A model generated the notes under the pieces. The model was given only the letters and a program-made list of their open reading frames with translations. It made no database searches and had not been told where the DNA came from. DNA of 64,000 nt, from the NCBI GenBank assembly GCA_963703285.1, contig OY969807.1:928001-992000 (forward strand). The letters run 5' to 3'. Source of the stretch: an uncultured Nitrososphaerota archaeon. Lineage in GTDB: Archaea; Thermoproteota; Nitrososphaeria; Nitrososphaerales; Gagatemarchaeaceae. The position numbers were made by a program, and so were the translations under genes. This document shows, piece by piece, positions 28,147 through 38,146 of this stretch. Every line of letters starts with the position of its first letter. Within the stretch, counting starts at the first letter, position 1.

Positions 28147-28455
28147 AGCCATCGGGGATGTGGAAGCCCGTCGACCTCCACATCGCAAAGCACAGGTGGG
28201 GCATAACTTCCACATACCGCACCGAGAAAAAGCAACGGTGCCATCAGCTAGCCTGCGAGAACTCCTTCAGCAGTTGGACCTTCTCTTTCGCACTCCTCTT
28301 GTGTTCCTTGGCAAAGTCAGCCCAGGTTGGTCGACACGCAAGCCAAACTTGTTGGGGCAAAAAGTTAAGGCGAAGATTAGGAATCGAGTTGCTATGGCCG
28401 GAAAGGACGTCCTATCAGTCGACGTCTATATCTGGCCCTGGCTAGCCTTGAAAGT

Positions 28456-28938
28456 TTGAACTATGCCCTAATCGCGCTGCTATCTGTTCACTTGCTCCTG
28501 GCGCTCGGTTGGCTTGGCGGGGAGCTGATGACGGCCTTCGTCATAGGACCGGGGCTGCAGAAGATATCCTTGCAATCCAGGCGCGAATTTGTCGCCAAAG
28601 TGACCCCGGGGGCAGTCAGATACGTGGAGTGGATGATCGTCGGAACCGGTGTCACAGGGTTTCTTCTGGCCTTCGTCACGCCGTCCCAAGTAGAGGCTAG
28701 CGGCGCCGTGGTAGCAGCCGGAATCGTGCTGGCGTTGATGGCTGCCGCCATCGAGGTGGTGGTGACCTCGCCCTCATTCAAGAAGATGGCGTCCCTGGCG
28801 GATGCCCTGCTGAAGAGCGGGCAGCAGACTCCTTCCCCAGAGATGGCCAGGCACGAGAAGAGGGCTCGCTGGGGCTCGTTGGCTGGCTCTGGCCTGCTAG
28901 TCGTCGTCCTCGTCTTGATGGTTATCACCGGCCTCTAG
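28456..28938 (+). CDS. Four-TM membrane protein (CopD/DUF2269/DUF4149-like)
   Basis: SVHLLLALGWLGG motif in TM1, four hydrophobic segments. Confidence 0.7.
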   Translation: MNYALIALLSVHLLLALGWLGGELMTAFVIGPGLQKISLQSRREFVAKVTPGAVRYVEWMIVGTGVTGFLLAFVTPSQVEASGAVVAAGIVLALMAAAIEVVVTSPSFKKMASLADALLKSGQQTPSPEMARHEKRARWGSLAGSGLLVVVLVLMVITGL

Positions 28939-29397
28939 TTCCGGGATTTGGAGAGAGAAACTCCATTACATTCCTTCTTATCATTGGGCTCGGTTTTGTT
29001 TGTCCTTATCAGGAAGTGCAGTCTTGCAACACATATCTCGAAGACATAATTATGGGACTGCGGCTTCATCTCAGAAGTTGTCCAATTCGGCGCAAGAGGA
29101 AGAGAAGCTGAGGAAGCTGTACGACCAAGCTCGCACACAGGGAAATAAGAAGAAGAAAAAGGAATACAAGGAGAAGATTGCCGAACTGAACCGACTCCGC
29201 AAGACCGTTCAGCGGGAAAGTAACAAGTCGAAAAGCTAGAGTTTCCCGGCACCTGTCTTCTTTCGTTGGTTCAGGATCAAGGCAGCGGAAAGTCTCCGGC
29301 TGATGAATGCGAAGATGTGACCCCGACCAGCCCAACGCTTGGCAGAGCTACTTCCAGACTGCAAACAATTTAAGCAAGGGTCGAAATCTTCAGCCAC

Positions 29398-29454
29398 ATG
29401 GCAAAGTCGAAGACGGTCAAGAAGAAGGCCGTCAAGAAAAAGGGAACTAGTTAG
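29398..29454 (+). CDS. Putative 18-aa Lys-rich micropeptide MAKSKTVKKKAVKKKGTS
   Basis: ATG about 25 nt after a TATA-like TTTAAG; below the ORF-track size cut-off. Confidence 0.35.
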   Translation: MAKSKTVKKKAVKKKGTS

Positions 29455-29644
29455 GGCGGGTCCAGCTACTCAACCTGCAACCTCGCTCAAAGTGCTCATC
29501 AGCGAGTGCAGTGACATCTTGGGGTTGAGAGAAGGGGTCCGCCTTCCGCTTTTTGTTAGATAGAAGAAGCGACGTAGATTAGCAAGCCGAACCGAATACG
29601 GCTGAAGAACAATGCATACTTGAGTCAGGAACTGGTAAAATCCG

Positions 29645-29953
29645 TTATTCTTCTAGATGAACCTGAACCACGCGGTCCATCTGCTCCCCCGCCTTCGTCA
29701 CCTTGAACTCAATCAAAAATATGGCTTTGCGAACAGGGATGGAGTGATGAGAAGTCGTACGCACTTCGCGATAGGTCTCTCCTCTATATGTCACCTTGAC
29801 CCCCTGCTTGGTCTTGGTCTTGCCCTTCGACTTCATGGCCGCTAGACAGAGGTTGTAGATGGTTCCTCTTGAAAACCCCAGTCCTTGATCGAGATGTTCG
29901 AGGTAGCCCTTTGAAGTGAGGTGTCCCTCCCTTGCACCTGAGCGGTAGCTCAA
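29645..29953 (-). CDS. Hypothetical basic protein
   Basis: 102-aa ORF with a GGTGG(A) SD-like sequence upstream. Confidence 0.45.
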   Translation of the reverse strand: MSYRSGAREGHLTSKGYLEHLDQGLGFSRGTIYNLCLAAMKSKGKTKTKQGVKVTYRGETYREVRTTSHHSIPVRKAIFLIEFKVTKAGEQMDRVVQVHLEE

Positions 29954-30392
29954 TTACTCCACCGGACCTTGCCAATCACATTAGGCTCCCTTCTGAACTT
30001 CGAGAAACTAATTGGCCGTTGGCGGACCTGTTGCCAATTTCCGTGACCCTAACTTTCATTAAATCATGCCCAACCGCTTTCTCAAATCTTGCAACTGAGA
30101 GCATAAGGGTGACGATTTCTACCAACCTGGAATCGTTGTGAACTTGGGAAAGGAAGACGTTCGCGTATGACTTCGCAAAGCAGACAACAACCAAGATTTC
30201 GTTAATCTGGACGAGTATCTAAAGACGTTCAAGCGTAACCCGAAGGCCAACAAAGTTAGAGAGCCCACCAAGTTAACACCCGTAAAAGATGTTATCTAGT
30301 CCAGCATTTAGTCTATCATAGCAACTCCTATCCGACTGAGAAGCCTATTAGGAGGCAGACAAGGGTCAGGGTCGTCAGATAGTGATAAAGGC

Positions 30393-32561
30393 GTGAGCCA
30401 GCAACAGGTCCAGCTCAAGGTTCTGGAGGCGTACACCCGCGATGTGGGTCGGGGTGTGGCGAGGCTGGACTATGCCGCGATGGGCACATTGACCGCGTCC
30501 ACGGGAGACGTAATCGAGGTCAAGGGAAAGAGACGGACGGTCGCGAAGTGCCTCCCTCTCTACCCCTCGGATGAAGGCAGAGGAATACTAAGGATCGACG
30601 GTGTCATCAGGAACAATGCTGGCGTCGCTATCGGTGACACGGTCATTGCAAAGAAGGTCAGGGCCCCGCCTGCTGAGAAGGTTGTGGTCGCTCCACTCGA
30701 CGCCGTACCGCCTATCGACGAGAGATACTTGGCGGATGCCCTCGATAGCGTCCCGGTAACGAAGGGGGACAACGTCATTGTACCCTACTTCGGTGGGAGG
30801 CTCACTTTCCAGGTTACTGGGGTAAGTCCTGTCGCAGAAGCGGCGCTGATAACCCAGAGAACGGTCTTCGTCATCTCTGAGAAGCGCGAAGCTCTGAGGG
30901 GAGTACCACAGGTCACCTACGAAGATATCGGCGGCATAAAGGGCGAGATCCAGAAGGTAAGGGAGATGATCGAACTCCCCCTGAGACATCCGGAGATTTT
31001 CGAGAAGTTGGGTGTCGAAGCACCAAAGGGAGTTCTCCTCTACGGCCCTCCGGGAACCGGCAAGACGCTCCTGGCGAAGGCCGTATCTACCGAGAGCAAC
31101 GCTCACTTCATCCCGATAGGTGGTCCGGAGATTATGAGCAAGTTCTACGGGGAGTCGGAGGCAAGACTCAGGGAGATATTCAAGGAGGCAAACGAGAAGG
31201 CACCCACCATCATCTTCATCGACGAGATCGACTCGATAGCTCCAAAGCGCGAGGAAGTAACCGGAGAAGTCGAGAGGAGGGTTGTCAGCCAGTTGCTCTC
31301 CCTGATGGATGGCCTCGAAGCTAGGGGAAAGGTCATAGTGATGGCGGCCACCAACCGGCCCAACGCGCTGGACCCAGCACTCCGAAGACCTGGCAGGTTT
31401 GACAGGGAGATCGAGATCAAGGTCCCAGACAAGAAGGGGAGATACGAGATACTGCAGATCCACACGCGCAACATGCCACTTCAGCCGGACGTCGACCTGG
31501 AGAGGCTCGCCTCGGTGTCGCACGGGTTCGTCGGGGCGGACCTCGAGTATCTCTGCAAAGAGGCCGCCATGAAGACCCTAAGAAGGATGCTGCCAGAGCT
31601 GAACCTCGGGGAAGAGACGCTGAGCCCTGAGACGCTCGACAAGCTGATCGTCACGGGGGACGACTTCGAGAAGGCGCTGAAGGACATCATACCATCGGCA
31701 ATGAGAGAGGTGTATCTCGAAACGCCGGACGTGAAGTGGTCTGAGATCGGAGGGCTGGAGGACGTCAAGAGGGAACTCCAAGAGGCTGTGGAGTGGCCGC
31801 TCAAATTCTCTGACCTGTACAAGGCGATAGGCTACAACATGCCGAAGGGCGTCCTTCTATTCGGCCCATCCGGGACTGGAAAGACGCTGCTCGCCAAGGC
31901 GGTAGCGACCGAGAGCGAGGCGAACTTCATCAGCGTCAGGGGACCAGAGCTGCTCAGCAAGTGGGTGGGTGAATCGGAAAGGGGGGTGCGAGAGGTCTTC
32001 AAACGAGCAAGACAGGCGTCTCCCTGCATAATCTTCTTCGATGAGATAGACGCCCTCGCTCCGGTGAGGGGAATGGGGGGAGGCAGCGATGTGACCGAGA
32101 GGGTAGTCAGTCAGCTGCTCACGGAGATGGACGGCATCCAGGCGCTGCTGGGTGTTGTGGTGCTCGCAGCCACGAACAGGATTGACATGGTCGACCCGGC
32201 CCTACTCAGACCGGGCAGATTCGACAAGATCGTCAACGTCCCGCTGCCCGACAAGGAAGCGCGGAGGGACATATTGCAGATACAGCTGAAAGGGAAGCCG
32301 ATCTCAAAGGAGGTGGAGGTTGAACGTCTAGTTGAGATGACCGAGGGACTCAACGGAGCAGACCTGGCGGCTCTGGTGAACACGGCACTCTCCATAGTTC
32401 TTCAAGCATACATCGCTAAGTATCCGAGGCCCGAGGACGCGAAGAAGCACCTCGATGAACCGATCGTGACCTACGAGCACTTCCGGGAGGCAGCGAAGAA
32501 AGTGAGGTCCTCCAGGGAGAGCAACCCGATGGAGAAAGTCGCGATGCCTTACTACAGGTAA
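30393..32561 (+). CDS. cdc48: Cdc48/VCP-like AAA+ ATPase
   Basis: N-domain RDVGRGVAR; two AAA modules GPPGTGKT / [13 protein letters not shown] / [13 protein letters not shown] / LLRPGRFD. Confidence 0.95.
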   Translation: MSQQQVQLKVLEAYTRDVGRGVARLDYAAMGTLTASTGDVIEVKGKRRTVAKCLPLYPSDEGRGILRIDGVIRNNAGVAIGDTVIAKKVRAPPAEKVVVAPLDAVPPIDERYLADALDSVPVTKGDNVIVPYFGGRLTFQVTGVSPVAEAALITQRTVFVISEKREALRGVPQVTYEDIGGIKGEIQKVREMIELPLRHPEIFEKLGVEAPKGVLLYGPPGTGKTLLAKAVSTESNAHFIPIGGPEIMSKFYGESEARLREIFKEANEKAPTIIFIDEIDSIAPKREEVTGEVERRVVSQLLSLMDGLEARGKVIVMAATNRPNALDPALRRPGRFDREIEIKVPDKKGRYEILQIHTRNMPLQPDVDLERLASVSHGFVGADLEYLCKEAAMKTLRRMLPELNLGEETLSPETLDKLIVTGDDFEKALKDIIPSAMREVYLETPDVKWSEIGGLEDVKRELQEAVEWPLKFSDLYKAIGYNMPKGVLLFGPSGTGKTLLAKAVATESEANFISVRGPELLSKWVGESERGVREVFKRARQASPCIIFFDEIDALAPVRGMGGGSDVTERVVSQLLTEMDGIQALLGVVVLAATNRIDMVDPALLRPGRFDKIVNVPLPDKEARRDILQIQLKGKPISKEVEVERLVEMTEGLNGADLAALVNTALSIVLQAYIAKYPRPEDAKKHLDEPIVTYEHFREAAKKVRSSRESNPMEKVAMPYYR

Positions 32562-32962
32562 GGCCGTAGGAGATGTGTGGTAGAGATGGTTCGATGCAGC
32601 AAATGTGGAAAAAAAGTGGCGGAGATGAAAACCAAAGGAAGCATTGTTTTGGTTTGTACTGGTTGTAATAATTACACGAGTGAGTGTACTTGTTCGTCAA
32701 ACTAGGCACGGCACCTGGTTCGAGAACAATCTTTCCCAGAGGAAGTACCTAAGACTCAACGCCCACGTCGGACTAGTCGGCATTCGGGTTCTTTGCCCGC
32801 ATATTGATTACCCATCTTCATCCAGCGATTGCTGAAGTAATTTCCTTTGTTGAATCAAAAGTACCACCAGCGCGAGACGTAACCGAACTAACGCTTTTAG
32901 CGCTGAAGCGGTCTGCCGGATCGCCCTAGCTTCTTCCATCCCAATGGAAGGGAGCGGAATTG

Positions 32963-33520
32963 TCAGTAGATCATAAGCTTCTTTTCTTCGAGCATCACGT
33001 GCAGGTTGTTGACCGCCCTGTAGACCTCGCTCTCCCTCTTCGCCCCGGTGCAGACTAGCTTACCAGAGGCGAAGAGGAGTATCACCGTCTTGGGGTCGGC
33101 CATCCTGTGGATGAGGCCCGGGAACTGCTCGGGCTCGTACATCGATTTTGGCAGCTGCCTAGCAGCTTCCTCTAGGTGAATCTTCCCCCCAAGGTTCGCA
33201 GATGCCACGATGTTCTGTATCACTATCTCTGCCTCATTCTTGATGGGGATACCGCCCTTCTTCAATCTCCTGACGACCTCTTGAACGGCCTTTCTTGACT
33301 GGTCCTCCGATTTTGCACCCGTACAGACCATCTTCCCCGAGCTGAAGATCAGGGTAGCTGTCTTTGGGGTCTTCAGTCTGAAGACCAGTCCAGGGAACTG
33401 GTCGGGGTGGTACTCTACATCGATAAAGTTCTTGGTAATCTGGTTCAGGTCGACCCTCTGATTTATTGAGGCAGAAGCGACAACGTTTTCGATGCTTACT
33501 ATCGCCTTCGTTTGAGGCAT
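32963..33520 (-). CDS. tbp: TATA-box-binding protein
   Basis: Two TBP repeats: IENVVAS..YHPDQFPGL..LIFSSGKMVCTGAK and IQNIVAS..YEPEQFPGL. Confidence 0.97.
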   Translation of the reverse strand: MPQTKAIVSIENVVASASINQRVDLNQITKNFIDVEYHPDQFPGLVFRLKTPKTATLIFSSGKMVCTGAKSEDQSRKAVQEVVRRLKKGGIPIKNEAEIVIQNIVASANLGGKIHLEEAARQLPKSMYEPEQFPGLIHRMADPKTVILLFASGKLVCTGAKRESEVYRAVNNLHVMLEEKKLMIY

Positions 33521-33542
33521 TGCCTAGACGTGGAAATTTGCG

Positions 33543-33560
33543 CTATATATAGTATATAAA
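33543..33560. promoter_or_regulatory. AT-rich TATA-like element between divergent tbp and rps10
   Basis: CTATATATAGTATATAAA, about 25-40 nt upstream of the tbp ATG. Confidence 0.55.
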
Positions 33561-33736
33561 TGGACTGGGAAAGATTCCGATAGCTCGTCGTGTCATGCAA
33601 GGTTTCATATCGGGGTGGACGACGCATCTCAAACTACTCTCGATCCATCATCTATCGAAGGCAATCCATCTGACATGGTAGGGCAATGAGTGGTATACGT
33701 GTAAGTAGTCAGTCAAAGAGCGGCTCTCGAGGAATA

Positions 33737-34048
33737 GTGCCACAGTACGCCCGAATCAAGCTAACCAGCTCCAACCTTGAGCAGCTGGATGCCCTTGCCT
33801 GGGAGATCAAAGAAATCGCTGAGAAGACAGGGGTCAAATGCAAGGGCCCGCAACCTCTGCCAACGAAGAGGCTGAAGATTACTACGAGGAAAGCCCCTAC
33901 GGGGGAGGGTACGCACACGTTCGACCACTGGCAGCTCAGGATTCACAGAAGGATCCTTGACATCGAACCGAACGAAAGAACGATGCGACAGATAACGAAG
34001 CTCAGGATCCCCGAGGAGGTCAAGATAGAGATGACCCTGACCAGTTAG
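33737..34048 (+). CDS. rps10: 30S ribosomal protein S10 (uS10)
   Basis: ARIKLTS, GPQPLPTKRLKITTRKAPTGEGTHTFDHWQLRIHRRILD; GTG start at 33737. Confidence 0.95.
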   Translation: MPQYARIKLTSSNLEQLDALAWEIKEIAEKTGVKCKGPQPLPTKRLKITTRKAPTGEGTHTFDHWQLRIHRRILDIEPNERTMRQITKLRIPEEVKIEMTLTS

Positions 34049-34108
34049 AGCGCCTAAGCATTCCTTTCATCCCACTGCCCGGCTCTCATTCTCGGGGACC
34101 TTTGTCGA

Positions 34109-34537
34109 TTAGCCAACCTTCCCAAGTTTCCGGGTGCTTTGGGAGCGAAACTTGCGGCCGTCAATGAGGTTAAGATAGACGTCTGATAACTCTCGTTTGG
34201 CTTTCAATGAGAGGTCAAACTCATCCCTGTATGGACAGAACGCGTCCTTTACAGGATGGTCAAGGTCTACGTCGAAGATGATAGGATAAAGCCTGCATCC
34301 CGCGGGTCGATTTGAGTAGATAGTACACTGCTTTCCATCGTGGAAGACACATCTCCCGCTGCTGCTGTTCCTGAGCATCTTGAAGCCGTCGGATTCAACT
34401 GCAAAAGAGCCTTCTTTGAAACCCAGACTGACTATTCGTTGCACATCTTCCTCCAATAGAAGCATCTGTGTTCCATAGCAGCAACTCACACAGAGACGGC
34501 TCTCGCATACATTCTTCGAAGACAGGGGCGCCTCCAA
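34109..34537 (-). CDS. YkgJ-family Cys-cluster protein
   Basis: C....CVSCC, CVFH...CTIYSNRPAGCRLYP. Confidence 0.85.
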   Translation of the reverse strand: MEAPLSSKNVCESRLCVSCCYGTQMLLLEEDVQRIVSLGFKEGSFAVESDGFKMLRNSSSGRCVFHDGKQCTIYSNRPAGCRLYPIIFDVDLDHPVKDAFCPYRDEFDLSLKAKRELSDVYLNLIDGRKFRSQSTRKLGKVG

Positions 34538-34772
34538 TTAGCAGTCGCAAGAAGAAGTGAATGCGATCTTACTGAACCTTTCGGCTTTGAGACGTAACCG
34601 GATTTGAGCCTTCTGACGATGCCTCGTGACGACCGTTCCTATCGCCGCAGCTTCCGGGCCGAGGAGTAAACATGCAGGAAGGGTCGCGTTCGACAAGCAG
34701 ATGCTCGATAGAGCCAGTTGCCTACGCACTAGTCGTCAGCAAACTGTGACAGACACCTTTATCACTTTTCAC

Positions 34773-35258
34773 ATGGCTCGGATCATTGTGGGTGCCCCGT
34801 TCGTCCCGTCACCTGGATATGTGATAGAGAAGATGCTGACCCTGGGCGGTGTGAACTCGAATTCCGTTGTCTACGACCTGGGATGTGGGGACGGAAGCAT
34901 CGTTGTTGCTGCTGCCCGAGATCATCATGCGAAGAAAGTCGTGGGTATCGAACAGAAACAGAAGCTCTGTGTCATTGCGCTCGCGAAGGTAAGGCATCTC
35001 AAGAATACACTCATAGTGAACGCAAACTATGATGCCGTAGACATATCAGAGGCAAACATAGTAACGATTTATCAAAGCTCGAGTGAGAATGCGAGACTGA
35101 AACGAAAATTCCTCGATGAACTTTCGGAAGGCTCTACGATAGTATCGCATGATTTCGGGATTCCCGGATGGGGCGCCAAGGATTTTCAAACATTCAAGGA
35201 AAACCGCCATGGTTATCGAATCATCGTCTACGTTGTGGGTTTCCATACCCCTCCATAA
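34773..35258 (+). CDS. Class I SAM-dependent methyltransferase
   Basis: APFVPS, VYDLGCGDG, GIE, IVSHDF. Confidence 0.85.
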   Translation: MARIIVGAPFVPSPGYVIEKMLTLGGVNSNSVVYDLGCGDGSIVVAAARDHHAKKVVGIEQKQKLCVIALAKVRHLKNTLIVNANYDAVDISEANIVTIYQSSSENARLKRKFLDELSEGSTIVSHDFGIPGWGAKDFQTFKENRHGYRIIVYVVGFHTPP

Positions 35259-35394
35259 TCGCAAGAGTTGCGCTGACTTTTCCTAGAACCATCTTTCAAG
35301 AACTCATTGCAATATTCTTTGTGCTGACTGACGGCCTTTCTTCACTCGGGTACTGAGTAGGGCCACGCTCACCCTTCTTTCCGGAGGTGATTGG

Positions 35395-35538
35395 ATGGAA
35401 GACAAGCTGACAGACGACCAGTGGAGGACGATACGGCCGCTCATACCAAAGCAGACCGGTCCGGGGAAGCCGAGGGCCGACGACAGAGAGTTCCAATCAG
35501 CGCTCCTTTACATATCGCCCGACGTTGTAAACACATAG
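35395..35538 (+). mobile_element. IS5-family transposase N-terminal remnant
   Basis: MEDKLTDDQWRTIRPLIPKQTGPGKPRADDREFQSALLYI fits the IS5 LTD.QW..I.PL.P..GRP..DDR motif; GGAGGTGA SD; truncated. Confidence 0.75.
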
Positions 35539-35720
35539 CCATTTAGCGTGTGTCAACACAAGCGTATCAGGCCGTTAGTTCCAATAGCCCGCCCTCGATA
35601 AAGCCAAAAAACTACGATATCACCAATTTCAAACAATTCCCTTCCGGCCCATCATCCTGTTCATTCGATTCCATCTGATGGAAGAATACTTGACGATTGC
35701 CGTCGGCCGCGCTCACTCAG

Positions 35721-35784
35721 CTGAGTAGGGCACGTCACTGTATGTTCAAATCTCCAACTTTAGGTTCAAATCCCTTCCGGGCCC
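35721..35784. repeat. Dispersed repeat with tandem GTTCAAATC (T-loop-like) motifs
   Basis: 35721-35760 matches 52581-52620 at 35/40 nt; the tail matches 28119-28146. Confidence 0.75.
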
Positions 35785-35846
35785 GCCTCAAAAAGCAGCT
35801 AGAAATGCAAGCGGAATGGTTGATTGTTTAGCCACTAGACGCAACT

Positions 35847-36137
35847 TCAAAACCGCAGTATCAGACGCGCCGGCAGTCTAAGGGCGGTACCGCCTAACTT
35901 GTTACCTGGAAACTTATTCCTGTTGTCCGACAAGATTGCGACCCAACTGCTTCCATTGCAAACGAAAATCTCTCCCTTACCTGAGTCGTAGGCAAGCGTA
36001 CCAGGGGCGGCCACGATAGGCACGGTAGTCACAAGAGATTGCTCGTGAGCCTCGGGCACAGGCAGGTATTAGGGGCCGAAGAGTAGAATCAAGAGAGGAA
36101 GGAGGGCCAGGACAGCGCGTCTTGATGATGCTAACAA
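35847..36137 (-). pseudogene. YVTN/YncE beta-propeller surface protein fragment with an in-frame TAA
   Basis: MLASSRRAVLALLPLLILLFGP*YLPV...LAYDSGKGEIFVCN; truncated after one blade. Confidence 0.6.
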
Positions 36138-36141
36138 CGGC

Positions 36142-36726
36142 CTAGTGCCTCTCCCACATGCCAAGACGCAGAATCCTCGCATCCGAGAGCCTTACGAACT
36201 GCCGGCGCGAGCCGTACCTCTGTACCAGACTCTTGATTCCATCTGTAAAGTCCTTTGCGTCACCGAGCTCTCCGAGGAGGTTCTTGTCGAAGAGGATGGG
36301 ACGCAGAGGGCCGCCACGGTGCCTCTTGGCTACAATAGGTGCGTAGCAGGCGGAATACTTCCGGATTAGGTTGTTGATCATCGTGCGGTCCACCACCGAG
36401 ATGTCACCGGGCACGAGTATGACGGCGTCCGCGTCGCTTCTCACCTTCGAGAGACCCTCCTTGATCGAGCCGGTCTCCCCGAGCTCGAGGTTCTCGTCCA
36501 AGACAGTTTCGCACCGATAATCCTTCAGCTCGCTCCTGACCTTTTCAGAGTCCGGTCCGACCAAGACGATGACCTGTTTGGCCTTTGAGGTTTGACACTC
36601 GTACACCACGTGTCCTATCATTGTCCTTTCCCCTATCTGCTCGAGCAGTCTGTTCGTTCCGGACTTCGTGTAAAGACCCCGGGCCAATACGATAACAGAC
36701 ACGGTGACTGGGTATCCTCTGCTCAT
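36142..36726 (-). CDS. Divergent MocA-like nucleotidyltransferase (possibly decaying)
   Basis: Paralog of 24330-24971, but LAAG..RFG..K is changed to LARG..KSG..R and the terminal DVD is missing. Confidence 0.7.
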   Translation of the reverse strand: MSRGYPVTVSVIVLARGLYTKSGTNRLLEQIGERTMIGHVVYECQTSKAKQVIVLVGPDSEKVRSELKDYRCETVLDENLELGETGSIKEGLSKVRSDADAVILVPGDISVVDRTMINNLIRKYSACYAPIVAKRHRGGPLRPILFDKNLLGELGDAKDFTDGIKSLVQRYGSRRQFVRLSDARILRLGMWERH

Positions 36727-36791
36727 CTCTTCAACTCCGGCTCGATGACGGAACCTTCCGAACTCCCGCTCGATGACTGGAGCGGGCGCAG

Positions 36792-37033
36792 CTACAGAAG
36801 TAGGTGGAATGGCGATTCACCAGCATAGAAGATGCAGATGTCAGTGTACTTGGCAGTTTTCTCCCGATACTGAAACGGTCGACGTCGTTCTCCACTACCC
36901 GGCCCTTAAGGGGCTGGAAATCCTTGCCCCTGCTGGTCACCTCGGTTGCCACCCACCTGTCCTTGTACTTCTCAGAGATTTCAGAGAGAGTGAGCTCCTG
37001 CGGTTTGGTCCCACCTGACTCCCCAGATGTCAA
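36792..37033 (-). pseudogene. DUF5678-like protein, copy 2, with a 1-nt frameshift
   Basis: N-terminus aligns with 18704-18958; the matching C-terminus KYTDICIFYAGESPFHLLL* is in another frame after about 36855. Confidence 0.75.
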
Positions 37034-37053
37034 ATCGCCTCTCCTTCCTCATC

Positions 37054-38133
37054 CTAGGATGAACTACTAGCAGTGACCGTAGACTCACTAGTGGTGACCG
37101 AAGCGAGTGGGGTGAGTGAGGTGACTGGACCGATTAGGCTGCTGAGGGCCTTCTGCACGACCCCCTGAGCGATGTAGACCCGGAAGGCGTTCCCCGTGCC
37201 CGTCGTCAGCGGTGTGGCGCCAGAGAGGGCCTTGGTGGCAGCGGCCGATATCACGCTCGCGTTGAGCTGCTGGCCGTTCAGGTAGCTCTCTGCGGCCGTG
37301 GCGCGGATGGGCTTGTTGGCGACCCCTCCCAAGACCAGCCTCACGTTCGAGGCGGTGGTCCCGCTCAGGGTCGCGCTGACCGCGCAGCTGGCGAGTGCGA
37401 AGTCGATCGCGCTTCTGTCGCTCGCCTTGTAGAAGGCGCTGACCGAGCCCGACGCTGGGGCGGGGACGTTTATCGAGGTCACGATCTCGTTGTAGCGGAG
37501 GCTGTTCTCCTTGACGCGGCCGTCGACGATGCTGACTCCCGGCATGAAGGAGTCCATCGACTCGGTCGTCGAACCCCCTGGTCCCTGGATGGTCACGGTG
37601 GCGTTGAGGGCGAAGAGGGCGGGCGTTATGTCGCCCGCGTGCACTGCGTAGCAGAGGTTGCCGCCGAAGAGGCTGTGGTAGTAGCGGTTGTCGCCGTTGG
37701 GTGCGTAGCAGACGTTCCCGCCGTTGCGCCAGCAGTCGTAGTTGTTCCTCAGGTACCAGCACCAGACCTCCTGGGAGATGTCGCCCGCCACGGTCGCCTG
37801 GTTGGCGATCTGCGCGGGATGGCCGGAGACCGCGCCGTAGAGCGCACCGTAGTTCGCCTTGACGTCGGAGTTGTTGAGCAGGTCTGAGACGTTGGTGGTG
37901 GCTCCTATCGTGAGTCCCGAGCTCGAGCTGTAGCTTATGCCGCTCAGGTTGAGCCCGGTGATGTCGACGACATACTGCGGCGTGAGGAGGTCGATGTGCT
38001 CCTTCATCTGGTAGAGTAGGTCGGTACCTCCGGCGATGACCCTCGCCTGACCGCCGTACTTGGTCAGGAGCGAGACCGCGTCACTGACCGATGTTGGCTG
38101 TAGGTATCCGAATTGCGCTAATTCGTTTCTCAT
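37054..38133 (-). CDS. FAD-binding subunit (PaoB-like), copy 2
   Basis: IAGGTDL, CWYLRNNYDCWRNGG..CYA; close paralog of 18992-20104. Confidence 0.9.
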   Translation of the reverse strand: MRNELAQFGYLQPTSVSDAVSLLTKYGGQARVIAGGTDLLYQMKEHIDLLTPQYVVDITGLNLSGISYSSSSGLTIGATTNVSDLLNNSDVKANYGALYGAVSGHPAQIANQATVAGDISQEVWCWYLRNNYDCWRNGGNVCYAPNGDNRYYHSLFGGNLCYAVHAGDITPALFALNATVTIQGPGGSTTESMDSFMPGVSIVDGRVKENSLRYNEIVTSINVPAPASGSVSAFYKASDRSAIDFALASCAVSATLSGTTASNVRLVLGGVANKPIRATAAESYLNGQQLNASVISAAATKALSGATPLTTGTGNAFRVYIAQGVVQKALSSLIGPVTSLTPLASVTTSESTVTASSSS

Positions 38134-38146
38134 CTGTCTTCACCAC

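Noticed and set aside
35761-35786. Additional full tRNA genes at GGTTCAAATCC motifs (27.2, 28.1, 35.8, 52.6 kb)
   Set aside because: No matching 5' acceptor strand, D arm or anticodon arm; treated as fragments or repeats
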